DNA of 57,806 nucleotides from a virus (Duplodnaviria; Caudoviricetes): IMG/VR virus record IMGVR_UViG_3300029826_000002, positions 1 to 57,806 of that record; one strand, 5' to 3'. Shown piece by piece: positions 54,828 to 57,806 of this stretch (position 1 is its first letter; each line of letters starts with the position of its first letter). The notes under the pieces were generated by a model. It saw only the letters and a program-made list of their open reading frames with translations, ran no database searches and was not told where the DNA came from. The position numbers and the translations under genes were made by a program.

Positions 54828-55207
54828 TCCTCCTCCGGGGCGCAGAATTTACAGTAGTACGGGGTGTGGATGTACTTGTTGTCTCGTAAATCTCTCTCAA
54901 ACATCACAGCAACAGTCAGTTCATCAATACTAAACCCCTTCCTTTTCACAACCGCCTCGCCCTCTACCGCATTTTCTTTCAAAACAAGGCACCCACACGA
55001 CTCGCAGGACACCATTTCAGGGCGCTGAGAAAGCTTACGGACGGTTTCCCTGAGTTCTTCCACCTCGCTTTGCAGGCCATCGAAACAATCAGCCAAACCC
55101 CTAAGTCTGTGAATTTCAATTATTGAACTATTCCTGTCTCTGGTATCCTCAACTTCTTCCCTGATCTTTAAACACTCTTCCTCAAACCGCTTTTTCGTTA
55201 CAAACAT
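54824..55207 (-). CDS. Coiled-coil and zinc-finger protein
   Basis: CESCGC..YCKFC. Confidence 0.6.
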   Translation of the reverse strand: MFVTKKRFEEECLKIREEVEDTRDRNSSIIEIHRLRGLADCFDGLQSEVEELRETVRKLSQRPEMVSCESCGCLVLKENAVEGEAVVKRKGFSIDELTVAVMFERDLRDNKYIHTPYYCKFCAPEEE

Positions 55208-55241
55208 ATCGCCTCCACTTATTTGTTTCTGGTTACATTAT

Positions 55242-55802
55242 TTACGCAACAGCCGAAAAACCCACCCGATCATCATTAAAAACATACGCTTGCTTACCAT
55301 GCTCCTCTAAGTGGTGCTTCCTACACAACCAAACAACATCGAGCGGCTTGCTGTAGTCTGGATGGTGCGCTTCGACGTCAACACACCCGCAAACCTCACA
55401 CGGTTTCTTTTTTAACCGGCCATCACGAATGGCATTTCTAACCGAACAACGAGACTTGTATTTTTCGGGATTATTTGCCCTCCTTCGTTGCATATAAACA
55501 AAGACCTTCTCTTTTCTTAATGGGTTTTGAAAACGCATCCTCTCATATTTGGCGTAATACTCTCTTTTCTCTTTATAATTTTCATGAACATCTTTTTTTG
55601 TACACTCTTTACACTTGTTTAGGCGCCCATCAGCCATTTGTTTATGTTTGTAAAAATCTTCCATCGCCATTAACCTTCCACACTTGAAACAAACCTTTTT
55701 CTTTGATAGGTCTATTAAAACCAAAACATCCTCCTTGTTTCCCGCAAGCTGGTTTTTGGTTTGGGGCGGTAGTGTTGCAGCACTATTCGCCCCATTTTTC
55801 AA
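55242..55802 (-). CDS. HNH-like zinc-binding phage protein (start uncertain)
   Basis: [38 protein letters not shown]. Confidence 0.75.
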   Translation of the reverse strand: MKNGANSAATLPPQTKNQLAGNKEDVLVLIDLSKKKVCFKCGRLMAMEDFYKHKQMADGRLNKCKECTKKDVHENYKEKREYYAKYERMRFQNPLRKEKVFVYMQRRRANNPEKYKSRCSVRNAIRDGRLKKKPCEVCGCVDVEAHHPDYSKPLDVVWLCRKHHLEEHGKQAYVFNDDRVGFSAVA

Positions 55803-56221
55803 AACGGTATCGAGCTATCGTCATCATCCGGTACGTCACCATTACCACTGCCCTGATCGTCGCTCCTGGGGCCGCTGGGTTGCGTATCGGAAGCCCTATC
55901 ACACATTTGCATATCCTTAACGATGATTTCCGTGACATAGTGTGTCACCCCGTCTTTGTCCCATGATCTCGTCTGCAACCGGCCCTCAAAATACGCCTGA
56001 CTTCCCTTTTTAAGGTACTCACCGCATATTTCAGCAAGCCGCCCGAAAACTACGATTTTGTGCCATTCTACCCGCTCTTTCTTTTCGCCCGTGGCCTTGT
56101 CTTTCCATTCCTCTGACGTTGCCACGCTAAAATTCGCTACTGCTTTTCCGTCCTGCAAATAACGGACTTCCGGGTCTTTGCCTAACCGACCCAATACGAT
56201 CATTTTATTGATTCCTGCCAT
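55799..56221 (-). CDS. ssb: Single-stranded DNA-binding protein
   Basis: [34 protein letters not shown]; acidic IPF tail. Confidence 0.95.
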   Translation of the reverse strand: MAGINKMIVLGRLGKDPEVRYLQDGKAVANFSVATSEEWKDKATGEKKERVEWHKIVVFGRLAEICGEYLKKGSQAYFEGRLQTRSWDKDGVTHYVTEIIVKDMQMCDRASDTQPSGPRSDDQGSGNGDVPDDDDSSIPF

Positions 56222-56243
56222 AATTGCGCCTCCCTATTTTGTG

Positions 56244-56723
56244 TTAGCACCACAGACTCGCAAGATACCACTTCGGCTCTTCGTAATCCGTTGTTGTTAT
56301 GTATGTTTCAATAAATTCAATTAAAGCTTTTTTTTGTTCATCAGATACAAACATTTTCTCAAAATCAATTTCTATCGGATACCCACGGCTACACCGTTGT
56401 TTTGATCCGGGAATAGATATAATATATATGGGGCAATCGCATGAACAGCAGTTCACCAGTTCAACTGGAACCTGATTTCCCATAAGAAACTCACGGCGAC
56501 ATTTATAATATTCGTCAACCCTATTCTCGTCCGGCCTCTCTCCATTTATGTATTCGCCATTTTCATCGTAAATCTCAAACGGGTTTTTGTACCCAAGGAC
56601 TTCATAAATCCACCAATCCTCTATATTTCCGGGGTTATCTTTGTATTTATCCCACGGAAATTCAAACCCCTCCTCAAACAGCGACCCAAAACAAATCTTA
56701 CCATCTGTTGATACACTCATCAC
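56244..56723 (-). CDS. Hypothetical acidic protein
   Basis: Coupled ORF. Confidence 0.6.
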   Translation of the reverse strand: MMSVSTDGKICFGSLFEEGFEFPWDKYKDNPGNIEDWWIYEVLGYKNPFEIYDENGEYINGERPDENRVDEYYKCRREFLMGNQVPVELVNCCSCDCPIYIISIPGSKQRCSRGYPIEIDFEKMFVSDEQKKALIEFIETYITTTDYEEPKWYLASLWC

Positions 56724-56944
56724 TATTCCTCCTCTTTTCCCTGTTCCCTCAAAAAACTTGAGTAGTTATGCACCTTTTCCACATCCCGCTCTTCCTGACC
56801 CTTCCAGTTCAGCCGACACGCATACTTGATAATGTTGCCAAGCACGTACCCCCTAAACTGTTCCGGTGTTAATTTCGCCCTGATGATTTCCAAGGTCTCA
56901 ATACCGCCTTGATCGTAATACGTTGATTTCGGGTCTTTACTCAT
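56723..56944 (-). CDS. DUF3310 / SaV-like protein
   Basis: YYDQGGIETLEII..GNIIKYACR..KG..D.EK. Confidence 0.8.
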   Translation of the reverse strand: MSKDPKSTYYDQGGIETLEIIRAKLTPEQFRGYVLGNIIKYACRLNWKGQEERDVEKVHNYSSFLREQGKEEE

Positions 56945-57138
56945 TCAACCCCCTGCTCTTTTATGGTTTTCAGCATTTCTACCGCCAACCTTACCGCACC
57001 AAGCTCACGCCGATGATATATTTTTAATCCATCATCCATCAGGTATTCTGTTTCCCCAGCAGAATTTCTAATCGCCTGATTTACTGCCGATCTCGTAAAA
57101 ATAGGGGTGCCGTTTATAAATACTGATACTGTAATCAT
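56941..57138 (-). CDS. Hypothetical protein
   Basis: ATGA overlap. Confidence 0.6.
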   Translation of the reverse strand: MITVSVFINGTPIFTRSAVNQAIRNSAGETEYLMDDGLKIYHRRELGAVRLAVEMLKTIKEQGVE

Positions 57139-57419
57139 TTAGCCCCCTTCCCTTTTACCACCGTAAATTCAAACTGCTTCTTGATAGCCTCGATCTCCGC
57201 ACGCACCGCTTCCAGATCATCACGTAACTCCTGAAACGTGGTTGCCTTCGATTCCAGAATTTTTCGCCGTGCAAGCCCCTGAAGAAGCTGGTCAAAATCG
57301 CAGTAGTGGTATTCGACGTTCTCAAACTGTTCTCCCTTCTCAGTAACACCCTTAACCGCAAGCTGAAACTCGCTGGAATTTGACCGCAGAACCCACTTGC
57401 CTCCCAATTCAATTCTCAA
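57135..57419 (-). CDS. DUF5405-like hypothetical protein
   Basis: IELGGKWVLRS..FQL..YHY..S.ATTF.EL. Confidence 0.5.
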   Translation of the reverse strand: MRIELGGKWVLRSNSSEFQLAVKGVTEKGEQFENVEYHYCDFDQLLQGLARRKILESKATTFQELRDDLEAVRAEIEAIKKQFEFTVVKGKGAK

Positions 57420-57707
57420 AATGGCACCTCACTTTCCCTTTGGTTATCGTAATAATCCCTATCCGATTCTGATATTTGTGCGTATGTTCCGCTATCGTGG
57501 ACATACAGCAAAGAAGCCTGTCCCAATTTACCAATCTCCCTGAACCTGATTTTTTGCACATGTATATTCACCAGCGGCTTTTCCGGGTCTGGCCGATGAA
57601 CCACAAGACCATTATCCGCTTTATTGTAAAAGTGAGCCGAACCAGAAATATCGTATAACCGTGGCACCGGATACGTGCCGTCATCGTTTCTTTTTAGTTT
57701 TGTGGGG
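57416..57707 (-). CDS. Primase-helicase, C-terminal part
   Basis: HPTK..LYDISGSAHFYNKADNGLVVHR..VQKIRF SF4 helicase motifs; in frame with 1-1421 across the join. Confidence 0.9.
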
Positions 57708-57806
57708 TGAGCCACAAGCCATATATGAACATTGTTCGCACGGGCAAACCGCCTTATCTTCCCCAGCGATTCGCTGACGTATTCGGTTTCTGATAGATTC
57801 GGGGGC
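57708..57806. repeat. Terminal direct repeat, copy 2
   Basis: Matches 1-98; the last base differs (G5C here, G6C at 94-100). Confidence 0.95.

Noticed and set aside
1-57806. Alternative genetic code or stop-codon recoding
   Set aside because: Core genes are full length in the standard code, and the tRNA is not a suppressor.

Overview
The window is an apparently complete, circularly permuted ~57.7-kb dsDNA phage genome. Bases 1-98 are repeated at 57708-57805, and the primase-helicase gene runs across the join. The virion module is podovirus-like: small and large (PBSX-type) terminase, P22-like portal, scaffold, N4-gp56-like major capsid, adaptor and nozzle, Gly-rich and LRR-capped fibre candidates, three ejection-protein candidates, a 3119-aa polyvalent protein and a lysozyme. 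The replication and recombination set is a primase-helicase, an initiator with internal repeats, SSB, ERF and YqaJ. A long plus-strand arm carries small accessory genes, and there is one tRNA-Gln(UUG) and a 30-nt tmRNA-like 3' end. I recognised no integrase, CI repressor or DNA polymerase. The most notable signals are: (1) three copies of a covarying antiterminator/terminator RNA switch inside the late operon, next to an Arg-rich peptide gene and an unlisted DUF2292-like gene; (2) a divergent GGDEF domain plus three ART-like modules and a zincin-like motif in the giant, probably injected, protein; (3) NrdR-box-like palindromes inside the promoter facing the packaging genes, plus a stand-alone NrdR/Ogr-like zinc ribbon; (4) repeated junction sequences suggesting cassette shuffling in the early arm. 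All family calls come from motif recognition by eye; no searches were run.
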